Shown piece by piece: positions 38,006 through 46,146 of a stretch of 46,146 bases of DNA (the stretch's first letter is position 1; each line of letters begins with the position of its first letter). The notes beneath the pieces are model-generated. The model searched no databases, was not told the DNA's origin, and worked only from the letters and a program-made list of their open reading frames with translations. The stretch lies in the NCBI GenBank assembly GCA_027623675.1, contig JAQBVF010000028.1, positions 1 through 46,146 of the forward strand. The letters are read 5' to 3'. Origin of the DNA: Chloroflexota bacterium. Its GTDB lineage: Bacteria; Chloroflexota; Dehalococcoidia; Lucifugimonadales; UBA3495. Made by a program: the position numbers and the translations under genes.

Positions 38006-38770
38006 ATGCCAGAGAAAGAAGTCATCTATGAGATCAAAGAGGGTATCGCCTACATCACCCTGAATCGGCCCGAGAAGCTGAACGCCATCGACCCGCCCAT
38101 GCGCCAACTCCTGTGGGACTCGTTCCAGGACGTGAAGAACAACCCCGAGGTCCGCTGCGCCATCGTCACCGGCGCGGGGCGTGCCTTCTCCACCGGACAC
38201 GACCTGGTTGCCATGGCCGCCGGGGGCGCCAACGAAGGCCCCAGCACCGGCGACCTGTACGTGGTCCAGTCCCAGATCTGGAAGCCAATCATCGCCGCCA
38301 TCAACGGGATCTGCCTGGCCCAGGGCTGCGGCATCGCCCTGGGCAGCGACATCCGGGTCGCGTCGTCCGCGGCCGAGTTCGGCTGGCCCCAGGCCAAGCG
38401 CGGCATCGCATCCGTCAGCGGACCGGCGCTCCTGTCCCAGGTGGTGCCCCGGAACATCGCCTTCGAATTCCTGTTCACCGGCGATTTCGTCAACGCCGAG
38501 AAGGCCCTGGAACTGATGCTGGTCAACTACGTGGTGGCGCCGGAGGACGTCATGGCCAAGGCCGAGGAGATCGCCCGGAAGATCACCGCCAACGCGCCCT
38601 TGTCCTTAGCCGCCATCAAAGAGGCCGCGATCAAAGGCGCCGAGATGGGCCTGGAAGAGCGGGTGAGATTCGCCCAGGACAAGCGGAACGAGATATTGGA
38701 GAGCGAGGATGCCAAAGAAGGCGTCCGGGCCTTCGCCGAGAAGCGCGCGCCGGTCTGGCAGGGGCGGTAA
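38006..38770 (+). CDS. Crotonase family protein lacking both canonical catalytic Glu
   Basis: ITLNRPEKLNAI, FSTGHDL, AFAEKRAP.W.GR; AQGCGI and FGWPQ at the two Glu positions; GGAGG RBS. Confidence 0.9.
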   Translation: MPEKEVIYEIKEGIAYITLNRPEKLNAIDPPMRQLLWDSFQDVKNNPEVRCAIVTGAGRAFSTGHDLVAMAAGGANEGPSTGDLYVVQSQIWKPIIAAINGICLAQGCGIALGSDIRVASSAAEFGWPQAKRGIASVSGPALLSQVVPRNIAFEFLFTGDFVNAEKALELMLVNYVVAPEDVMAKAEEIARKITANAPLSLAAIKEAAIKGAEMGLEERVRFAQDKRNEILESEDAKEGVRAFAEKRAPVWQGR

Positions 38771-38818
38771 CGCTTTCCTAGGGTGAATCTCCCTAGGGAT
38801 ACTTCGGTGGTGTCGGCA

Positions 38819-38842
38819 TCGCTCGTGGTGAGCGGATAACCA
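38819..38842 (+). repeat. Degenerate REP-like unit
   Basis: TCGCTCGTGGTGAGCGGATAACCA resembles the unit at 30053. Confidence 0.35.
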
Positions 38843-38939
38843 TCGCTGGTCCATCTAAACTTGGCCTAGCCCGAACAACCGGAAAAAATACTGACACGTC
38901 AGCCTTGAAGCATGGGGCGGTGATGGATAGGATGGGGCC

Positions 38940-41129
38940 GTGCTCGAACAACTGAAGGCATATTTCGGATTCGACCGGTTCCTGCCACTTCAGGAAGAGA
39001 TCATCGCCAAGGTGCTGTCCAAACGCGACACCCTGGTGCTGATGCCCACCGGAGGCGGCAAGTCCCTCTGCTACCAACTCCCTGCCCTGCGCTTCAAGGG
39101 CCTGACGCTGGTGGTCTCGCCGCTCATCGCCCTGATGAAGGACCAGGTGGACGGATTGCGGGCCAACGGCGTGCCGGCCGGCATGCTGAACAGCACCCTG
39201 CCCGCCCAAGAAGCCAACCAGGTTATGGAACAGGCCCGGCAGGGCAAGCTCAAGATCCTCTACGTGGCCCCGGAACGCCTCGCCTTGACCGGGTTCCAGC
39301 GGTTCCTGCAGTCGCTGGAAGTTAGCCTGATCGCCATCGACGAGGCCCACTGCATCTCCGAATGGGGCCACGACTTTAGGCCCGACTACCGCAACCTCAA
39401 AGCCCTGCGGCAGAGTTTCCCCGGAGTGCCGGTCATCGCTCTGACCGCAACGGCCACCACCCAGGTCAGGGAAGATATCGTCACCCAACTGGGCCTGAAT
39501 AAGCCAGAGATCTTCATCTCTAGCTTCAACCGGCCCAACCTGACCTACACCGTCCAACCCAAGACCGACCCCCTGGGTTCCCTGCTCCACTTTCTCGAGA
39601 AGCATCCGGGAGAATCGGCCATCGTCTACCGATTCTCCCGGAAGGCCACCGAGGAAACTGCGGCTGAATTATCCGACCGGGGCTACAGCGCCCTGCCCTA
39701 CCACGCCGGGTTGGAACGGGACTTGCGCCGGGAGACCCAGGAGAAGTTCATCCGCGACCAGGTGCAGATCGTGGTGGCAACCATCGCGTTCGGCATGGGC
39801 ATCGACAAACCCGACGTCCGCCTGGTGGTGCACTACGATCTGCCCAAGACCGTGGAGGGCTATTACCAGGAGACGGGGCGCGCCGGCCGGGACGGGCAGC
39901 CCAGCGACTGCGTGCTCTTCTACTCCTATGGTGACCGCTCCAAGCAGGAATACTTCATCAGCCAGATCGACGACGAGGAAGAGCAGGAGAAGGCCCACAC
40001 CAAACTGGACCAGATACTGGCCTTCTGCGACCTGCAGACCTGCCGCCGCGCCTACCTGATGGAGTACCTGGGCGAGCCCTGGCCCAAGACCGACTGCGGC
40101 GGCTGCGACATCTGCCTGCTGCCCCGGGAGGAGTTCGACGCCACCGAGATCGCCCAGAAGATACTTTCCACCGCCATCCGCACCGGCGAGCGCTTCGGCG
40201 TTAACTACCTGGTGGACGTACTGCGCGGCGCGGCGAACAAGGCGGTGCGCACCCGGGGGCACGACGAGTTGCCCGTGTTCGGCATCGCCCGCGACACGGA
40301 CGCCGACGAACTGAAAGAGATGGTGCGGTCGCTGGTCAGCCACGGGCTGCTGGCCCAACAGGGTTCCGGATACCCAACACTGGCGGTTTCGGGACCGGGG
40401 CGCACATTCTTGAAGAACCGGGACAGGCTGACGCTGACCCGGCCCAAGCACGCCGTTGCCGAACGCCAAGCACGGTACAGCCAAGATACGAATAACCGGG
40501 ACGTTACTGGCCGGGAGTTGGCCTACGACACCAAGTTGTTCGACGAGTTGGCGGCGCTGCGGCTGCAGATCGCCACTGAAAGGGAGGTGCCCGCATACGT
40601 CATATTCGGCAACAAGGCCCTGCAGCAGATGGCCTTCCACGCGCCCCGGAACGAGGATGAGTTCTCCAAGATTTCAGGCGTAGGGGACGCCAAACTGCGG
40701 GAGTTCAGCCGGCCTTTCTTGAAGGTCATCACCGAATACCTGGAGGCCAACGGGCAGCCCGTGAATGTTCAACGGACACCGGTCACCGCCCCCAAGAAGA
40801 AGGCCCGGGGCATCAGCATGAGCATCCGCGAGACCAAAGACCTGATCGGCCAGGGCCTGTCACTGGCGGAAGCGGCGGAACAGCGGGGCATCAGCGAGAC
40901 CACCATCAGGAGCCACCTGGAGCGGTTCGTGCAGGAAGGCGGCCAGATCGACCTGACACACCTGATGCCGTCCGACGACCGGCGCCGCAATATAGAAGCG
41001 GCTTTCAGGGAGATGGGTGAAGCTCGCCTAACTCCGGTGCGCGATGCTCTAGGCGACGACTACACCTGGGAGGAGCTGGCCGTGGTCCGCATGGACCTGC
41101 GCCAACGGCAAGGGCAGGGTGTCGGGTAG
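38940..41129 (+). CDS. recQ: ATP-dependent DNA helicase RecQ
   Basis: MPTGGGKSLCYQ, DEAHC, YYQETGRAGRDG, Zn-binding CRR...CGGCDIC, RQC, HRDC and C-terminal HTH. Confidence 0.98.
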   Translation: MLEQLKAYFGFDRFLPLQEEIIAKVLSKRDTLVLMPTGGGKSLCYQLPALRFKGLTLVVSPLIALMKDQVDGLRANGVPAGMLNSTLPAQEANQVMEQARQGKLKILYVAPERLALTGFQRFLQSLEVSLIAIDEAHCISEWGHDFRPDYRNLKALRQSFPGVPVIALTATATTQVREDIVTQLGLNKPEIFISSFNRPNLTYTVQPKTDPLGSLLHFLEKHPGESAIVYRFSRKATEETAAELSDRGYSALPYHAGLERDLRRETQEKFIRDQVQIVVATIAFGMGIDKPDVRLVVHYDLPKTVEGYYQETGRAGRDGQPSDCVLFYSYGDRSKQEYFISQIDDEEEQEKAHTKLDQILAFCDLQTCRRAYLMEYLGEPWPKTDCGGCDICLLPREEFDATEIAQKILSTAIRTGERFGVNYLVDVLRGAANKAVRTRGHDELPVFGIARDTDADELKEMVRSLVSHGLLAQQGSGYPTLAVSGPGRTFLKNRDRLTLTRPKHAVAERQARYSQDTNNRDVTGRELAYDTKLFDELAALRLQIATEREVPAYVIFGNKALQQMAFHAPRNEDEFSKISGVGDAKLREFSRPFLKVITEYLEANGQPVNVQRTPVTAPKKKARGISMSIRETKDLIGQGLSLAEAAEQRGISETTIRSHLERFVQEGGQIDLTHLMPSDDRRRNIEAAFREMGEARLTPVRDALGDDYTWEELAVVRMDLRQRQGQGVG

Positions 41130-41177
41130 ACGGATTCTACGAGCGCCCGTCAAGATGATTGCCAAATTGTGAGACGG

Positions 41178-41202
41178 CTTCGGTTCCGCTCATGATGAGC
41201 GG
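41178..41202 (-). repeat. REP-like palindrome between convergent recQ and ACAD genes
   Basis: CTTCGGTTCCGCTCATGATGAGCGG, approximately the inverse of the unit at 30053. Confidence 0.5.
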
Positions 41203-41291
41203 GCGTAGATCGTCGTGAGTGAGCTTGCCCCTCGCTGGGGCGATCCACAATTAAGGGCGGTGAACCCGGAAAGGGAACGTGGCCGGTCTCC

Positions 41292-42413
41292 CTACAAACC
41301 CAGCGCGTCGGCCAGGCGGCGGCGGTGGAACTTGGGGTCGCCCAGGTAGTGGTAGAGGGTGCGCGACGCGGTGGTGTGCAGGGTTAGGCCGTACTCGGTC
41401 ATGCTGCCTACGCCGGCGTGGACCTCGTGGGCGAAGTTGCAGGCCTCGTAATACCCCTCGCTGCCCACCGCCTTGGCCAGGTGCACGCTGTCGGCGGCTT
41501 CCCGTCCGATGTCCAGTTTCCACAGCGCTTCGTAGGCGGTCCACCGGGCTGCGTCCAGGTTGTTCAGCAGGTTGATGATCTGGTCCTGCACCCGCTGGAA
41601 CCGTCCGATGGGCGTGCCGAACTGATGGCGGGTCCGGCTGTAGTCCACCGAAATCTCATAGATGGCCTGACTGCCCCCCACCTGGTAGGCGCAGAGCACC
41701 GGAATGGCCTTTTGCTGGGCCCGCTCCAACGCTTCCCAGCCACCGGCGAACTCGCCGCCCAATACTTGAGTCGCTTCCGCCGACACGTTTTCGATGGCGA
41801 TCTCCGACAGGTTCCAAGCGAATCCGGGCAGGCCCCGGGCGCTGATCCCGGCGGCGTCGGCGGGGACGATGACCAGCCCGACGTCGTTGCTCTCATCCGA
41901 CCGGGCGGCGCAGAGCAGATGGGTGGCCGCCTCGCCGTCGTACACGTAGGCTTTCGTGCCGTTCAGGCGGTAGCCGTTGCCGTTCTGCTTGGCCGTCAGG
42001 TGTACATCGGTCGACTGCCAGCCGTACTCTGCTTCGGTGATCGCCGCCACCATCCGGACCTCGCCGGTGGCCATGCGGGGCAGCCATTCGCGCTTCTGAT
42101 CTTCGGTGCCGCCCTCCAGCAGGGTCAGAGCCGCAACGACTGCGGAACTGATGTGAGGGCCGGGCACGGGGCCGCGTCCCAACTCCTCGAAGAGCACACC
42201 GGCATCAGTGAATGACCCACCCTCGCCGCCGTACTCAGTGGGGATCAAGATGCCCAGCCAGCCGGTCTGGGTCAGCCGGTTCCAGGGGCCTTCGGGCGTG
42301 GGTTCCGTCGGCGAGGCGATCTGGAGCAGCGTCTCTTTGGGGTATTCCTGCTGCACGAAACGGCGCACCGCGGTCTTCAGCATCTCTTGTTCGGGGCTTA
42401 GGGCCAGGTCCAT
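41292..42413 (-). CDS. Acyl-CoA dehydrogenase, short partner subunit (FadE27/ChsE-like)
   Basis: EYGGEG, LNGTK, R.QFGTPIGRFQ, VHAGVG...EY; 373 aa, directly downstream of another ACAD. Confidence 0.9.
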   Translation of the reverse strand: MDLALSPEQEMLKTAVRRFVQQEYPKETLLQIASPTEPTPEGPWNRLTQTGWLGILIPTEYGGEGGSFTDAGVLFEELGRGPVPGPHISSAVVAALTLLEGGTEDQKREWLPRMATGEVRMVAAITEAEYGWQSTDVHLTAKQNGNGYRLNGTKAYVYDGEAATHLLCAARSDESNDVGLVIVPADAAGISARGLPGFAWNLSEIAIENVSAEATQVLGGEFAGGWEALERAQQKAIPVLCAYQVGGSQAIYEISVDYSRTRHQFGTPIGRFQRVQDQIINLLNNLDAARWTAYEALWKLDIGREAADSVHLAKAVGSEGYYEACNFAHEVHAGVGSMTEYGLTLHTTASRTLYHYLGDPKFHRRRLADALGL

Positions 42414-42495
42414 TTGTTTGTCCTTTGATTGTTACCTGTTAGCTTGCGGCTACCGGCTTGATTGTTTCGACGAATCGGCTGTGTCGTCTGCTTCC

Positions 42496-43728
42496 CTAGC
42501 TCAGGGCGCCGGCTTTCTCTCTTACTTCGCGGCCGATGCCGATGCGGCGGGACATGATCACCTTCTGGATGTCGGTTGTGCCGCCGGGGTGGATGGCGAT
42601 GATGCCGGCCCGCGAGTGGGCTTCCATGTGGCCGTCGGCAGCGCCGAGTTTTGGGTCGAAGGTCAAAGCCGCGGGCCCCAGGATGTCCAGGATGTGCCGG
42701 GACATCTTCAGGCCCAGGGTCTTGCGCATGTACGACGCTTGGGGACCTTCGTAGGTCGTGGTGACGCCACTATGTCGCATCCAGTAGTTGCGCAACTGAA
42801 GCAGGCGGACGATCTCCTGCTCGATATGGACTTCGACCAGCTTTTCGCGGGCATCGGGGTCCTTGGTGATGGGCTGGCCGTTACGGTTGGTGCTCCGGCA
42901 GTAGTCGAAAAGGCGATCAACGACGGTGTTGCGGGATATCTTGCCGCCGGTGCCGTGCTCCAGTTCCAGGTGGGTGGTCGCCACCTTCCAGCCGTTGTTA
43001 TGTCCGCCGATCAGGTTAAAGGCGGGCACCCTGACATTGTCGAAGAACACCGTGTTCTTGACGCCCGAGCCAGCGCCCGACTCCCCTCCGGAGATGAGCA
43101 GGTCCATGGGCTGAACGGTGATGCCCGGCAGGGTGGATGGAATCATGAACCAACCCAGGTTCTCGTGACGCTTGGCTTCCGTGTCGGTCACGGTGAGCGT
43201 CCACATGTAGTCACAACCCAAAGAGCTGCCCACGAACACCTTCTGGCCGTTGATGATGTAGTCGTCACCGTCCTTGACCGCCGTGCTCTTGACGTTGGCC
43301 AAGTCGGAGCCCGCTTCCGGTTCGGAGAGGAGTTGCCAGGTTCGGACCTCGCCCGTGAAGATGGGAGGCAGGAAGAACTTCTTCTGTTCGTCGGAACCCC
43401 AAACCACGATGGACGCGCCGCCCAATCTGCCACCGGAGTCATAGAAGGGAGGGATGGTCAGGCCCGCGGCTTCGGCCTCCTCTTCGAGAACAACCGAGTG
43501 GTCCACGTCCAGACCGCCGCCGCCGTACTCGGTGGAAGCGGTGGGCCAGAGCCAGCCTTTGGCGCCCAGCCTGCGGCCGAATTCACGACGCAGTTGGTAT
43601 TGCTCCTCGGTCAGGTCGATGGGGTCGGCCGGGTGGACGATGCCGGGGGGCATGTTGTCCTTCATCCAGGCCTTGACCTCCTGGCGGAACTCTTCCTGCT
43701 CTGGCGTATATCGGGGTTCAAAGTCCAT
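42496..43728 (-). CDS. Acyl-CoA dehydrogenase, long subunit (FadE26/29-like)
   Basis: SEPEAGSDLA, INGQKVF, GWKVATTHLELE, GGTTDIQK; GGAGA RBS. Confidence 0.93.
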   Translation of the reverse strand: MDFEPRYTPEQEEFRQEVKAWMKDNMPPGIVHPADPIDLTEEQYQLRREFGRRLGAKGWLWPTASTEYGGGGLDVDHSVVLEEEAEAAGLTIPPFYDSGGRLGGASIVVWGSDEQKKFFLPPIFTGEVRTWQLLSEPEAGSDLANVKSTAVKDGDDYIINGQKVFVGSSLGCDYMWTLTVTDTEAKRHENLGWFMIPSTLPGITVQPMDLLISGGESGAGSGVKNTVFFDNVRVPAFNLIGGHNNGWKVATTHLELEHGTGGKISRNTVVDRLFDYCRSTNRNGQPITKDPDAREKLVEVHIEQEIVRLLQLRNYWMRHSGVTTTYEGPQASYMRKTLGLKMSRHILDILGPAALTFDPKLGAADGHMEAHSRAGIIAIHPGGTTDIQKVIMSRRIGIGREVREKAGALS

Positions 43729-43783
43729 GGGTGTCCTCCGGGTTGATCGCCGCCGGCGTTCAGCCGTCAGCTTTTTGTTCTTT

Positions 43784-43827
43784 CGAGAACGATTTCGCGA
43801 GAACGATTTCGTCGATTATGGATTATG
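43784..43827. repeat. 14-bp and 7-bp perfect tandem duplications upstream of the ACAD pair
   Basis: CGAGAACGATTTCG x2 (43784-43811) and GATTATG x2 (43814-43827). Confidence 0.8.
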
Positions 43828-43869
43828 CCTTATGGGGTGATTGGGAGACAAGCGCGAGCCATTGGGGGA

Positions 43870-44112
43870 TCAATCTGTGTAGAAGTTATTCCCGAGCTAA
43901 TCCTGGGAGATAAATCGGCCCGCCTGTTACGATCGCCTGTAGAGTCCCGATGTCCAGTTGACGGCGCCTGGTACCGTGAGCGTCTGGTTGGACCCGTCCG
44001 GTCAGGCGCGCCGGAGTTTCACATGGCTACCGCGGTGGGCGATGGAGCGAAAGCCAAATGACTCGAAAATGCCAATCACTTCAGGACCGGTGAGCCGCTT
44101 AAGTCTGGGCAC
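43870..44112 (-). pseudogene. hicA: HicA-family toxin pseudogene
   Basis: Manual translation MPRLKRLTGPEVIGIFESFGFRSIAHRGSHVKLRRA*PDGSNQTLTVP, then in shifted frames QLDIGTLQAI and QAGRFISQD*LGNNFYTD*; GSH motif; stops and frameshifts. Confidence 0.85.
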
Positions 44113-44350
44113 CCGCCAACTCCAGCTCGAACGTCAGCAATATTTAAGGAACTGGGGCACAGGGATCCGGCGCTAAGCCAAAGTTGGCCGGGTCTTCACC
44201 TTCCAGGTGCAGACTCACTGCTTCTTTGAGGTTCTCTACCGTCTCGTCCAGTGTTTTCCCCTGGGTGACGACGGCTATCTCCAAACATTCAGCAACATCG
44301 AACTTTTCGCCACGCCGGATGGTCGCCTTAACCGAATGTTGTGGTGTCAT
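44099..44350 (-). pseudogene. hicB: HicB-family antitoxin with a premature stop at 44144-44146
   Basis: VAECLEIAVVTQGKTLDETVENLKEAVSLHLEGED; the frame continues past TAA as ILLTFELELAGAQT*, overlapping the hicA start. Confidence 0.8.
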
Positions 44351-44406
44351 GAGTCACTCTTCCCCTCTTTCCTGCGGTTAAACGCCAACGGCCCCAAGCT
44401 GCATGC

Positions 44407-45978
44407 TCACTGTGACTTGAGCGCCCGGCCGGGCAGCGCTCCGGTGTGCGTTCCATTATCGATGACCAACTTGCCATTCACAATGACGTAGTAGATGCCC
44501 ACTGGGTATTGTTTGGGGTCCTCGAACGTCGCTTTGGCCTCGACCGTGTCCGGGTTGAAGACCACCACGTCGGCCTTCATGCCGTCCCGCAGGATGCCCC
44601 GGTCCTGCAGGCCCAATCGCTGGGCGGGCAGCGCGGTCATCTTGCGGACCGCCTCCTCCATGCGGAAAAGGCCCTCCTCCCGGGCGAACTGGCCCAGTAT
44701 ATAAGGAAAGGTGCCGAAGGTCCGCGGGTTGGGCATCTCGCCGGTCAGCACGCCGTCTGAGCCGACCATGTGGGCCGGGTGACGGACGATCTCGCGTATG
44801 TTCTCGGGGTTGCCGGTGCGGGCCACAAAGGCCACTTCCAGGTTCTCTTCGATCAACAGGTCGCAGATGGTGTCGACGATCTTCTTGCTCTGGAAACCGG
44901 CCAGGTCGGTGATCGACCGGCCCTCCCATTCTTTATTCCGGTCAGACCCGATGTGACTGAAGATGTAGTCGTCCAGGGTGTTGCCCCACATGGGGTTCAC
45001 CGAATCCCCGATCTGTTCGCGCACGGCAGGGGTTTTGATGCGCTCCAGCATGGCCGCCGGCCCACCGGCGTGGACCCAATAAGGCAGCAGGGAGTGCAGG
45101 ATGGTGCTGGCGGCAGCATAGGGGTATTGGTCAAAGGTCACGTCGACCCCGGCGTTCCGTCCCTCGTCCACCAGGCCGACCATCTGCCGGCCCATGCCGT
45201 CGACGGGGCTGTGATAATGGGAAATATGTACCGGAACGCCGCTTCGTTGGCCGATCTCGATAGCCTCTCGGAAGGGGTCCAGCAGTTGGTCTCCCTTGGT
45301 GTAGCGGGCGTGGGTCATGTAAAACCCGCCTAGGTCTGCGATGGCTTGGGAGATAGCCACCAGTTCGCTGGTGTCGCTGTAGGCGCCGGGCGGGTAGGTC
45401 AGGCCGGTGGCGAACCCAAAGGCGCCGTCGCGCATGCCCTGACGGGCCAGTTCCTTCATCCGCTCCAATTCCGGCGGAGTGGGGGCGCGGTCCTCCCAGC
45501 CCATCGCCTCGATGCGGATGGCGGCGTGGGGCACCATGAACGCCACGTTGCAGGCGGCGCGTCCGTCGATGATGTCGAGAAACTCCTTCACCGAACTCCA
45601 GCGCACGTCGGGAGGCGGCATCCCGTTGATGGCGGCCAGAAAAATCAGCAACTGCTCCAACTTGGGGGAGGATATGGGGGCATAGGACAGGCCGTCCATC
45701 CCAATGGCTTCGGTGGTAACGCCCTGCCGCACCTTGGCGTGATGCTCGGGCTCGGTCATGAGCTTGAGCTCCGAGTGGGAGTGCATGTCGATGAAACCGG
45801 GGCAGATCACCGAGCCGTCAACATCGATGACCCGTCCCGCCTGTACCTGGGAGGTGTCGCCCCGGACGACGGTGACAGCTTCTCCGGTTATGCCCAGGCT
45901 AGCCCGGAACCAGGTCTGGCCGGTGCCGTCCACGATGCGGCCATTTCTAAGCAGCAGATCGAACATTGCGTCTCCCAT
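44407..45978 (-). CDS. N-acyl-D-amino-acid deacylase family amidohydrolase
   Basis: NGRIVDGTG, PGFIDMHSHS, GLTYPPG, DQYPY, GSDG, PRTFGTFP; alternative start ATG at 45966. Confidence 0.93.
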   Translation of the reverse strand: MGDAMFDLLLRNGRIVDGTGQTWFRASLGITGEAVTVVRGDTSQVQAGRVIDVDGSVICPGFIDMHSHSELKLMTEPEHHAKVRQGVTTEAIGMDGLSYAPISSPKLEQLLIFLAAINGMPPPDVRWSSVKEFLDIIDGRAACNVAFMVPHAAIRIEAMGWEDRAPTPPELERMKELARQGMRDGAFGFATGLTYPPGAYSDTSELVAISQAIADLGGFYMTHARYTKGDQLLDPFREAIEIGQRSGVPVHISHYHSPVDGMGRQMVGLVDEGRNAGVDVTFDQYPYAAASTILHSLLPYWVHAGGPAAMLERIKTPAVREQIGDSVNPMWGNTLDDYIFSHIGSDRNKEWEGRSITDLAGFQSKKIVDTICDLLIEENLEVAFVARTGNPENIREIVRHPAHMVGSDGVLTGEMPNPRTFGTFPYILGQFAREEGLFRMEEAVRKMTALPAQRLGLQDRGILRDGMKADVVVFNPDTVEAKATFEDPKQYPVGIYYVIVNGKLVIDNGTHTGALPGRALKSQ

Positions 45979-46146
45979 TCATTATCAAAGATGGCTGGGT
46001 CAAAGATGAACGCCAGTAATTTATCACCGTCTCAGCGCGGCGACCATAAAGTACCACAACCTCGGCTGCCAGGCATGGCAGGGCAATCGCATCTGACTGG
46101 AGGCGCGGTGGCGATGGTAGGATAAAAGTCATCTTAGGGGTGGGGA

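Noticed and set aside
42208..43746. 512-aa plus-strand ORF
   Set aside because: Antisense shadow of the ACAD pair
44002..44004. In-frame TGA in hicA as selenocysteine or readthrough
   Set aside because: Additional frameshifts and a TAG in the same gene indicate decay

Overview
GC-rich bacterial chromosomal segment with about 32 intact CDS. No rRNA, tRNA, CRISPR array, transposase or phage gene was recognised. Gene content (many CaiB/BaiF, crotonase, acyl-CoA dehydrogenase, racemase/aldolase and NIPSNAP paralogs) suggests a Chloroflexota Dehalococcoidia/SAR202-like host; this is inference only. Housekeeping loci are groES-groEL (sigma70 promoter, CIRCE operator, terminator), leuC-leuD, an M1 aminopeptidase, metH, fhs and recQ. 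They are interleaved with CoA-dependent catabolic clusters and D-amino-acid-type enzymes. The most notable pattern is repeated tandem paralog pairs in which one copy has lost its catalytic residue: a family I CoA-transferase alpha'/beta'-alpha/beta triplet, two CaiB pairs (Asp->Gln), a PLP fold-III pair (Lys lost) and an ACAD pair. Other notable items are an ArcE/COG2403-like P-loop enzyme, a decayed hicBA locus missed by the ORF track, a structured leuC leader, three families of REP-like palindromes, many 10-15 bp micro-duplications in 5' regions, and two candidate non-canonical start codons.
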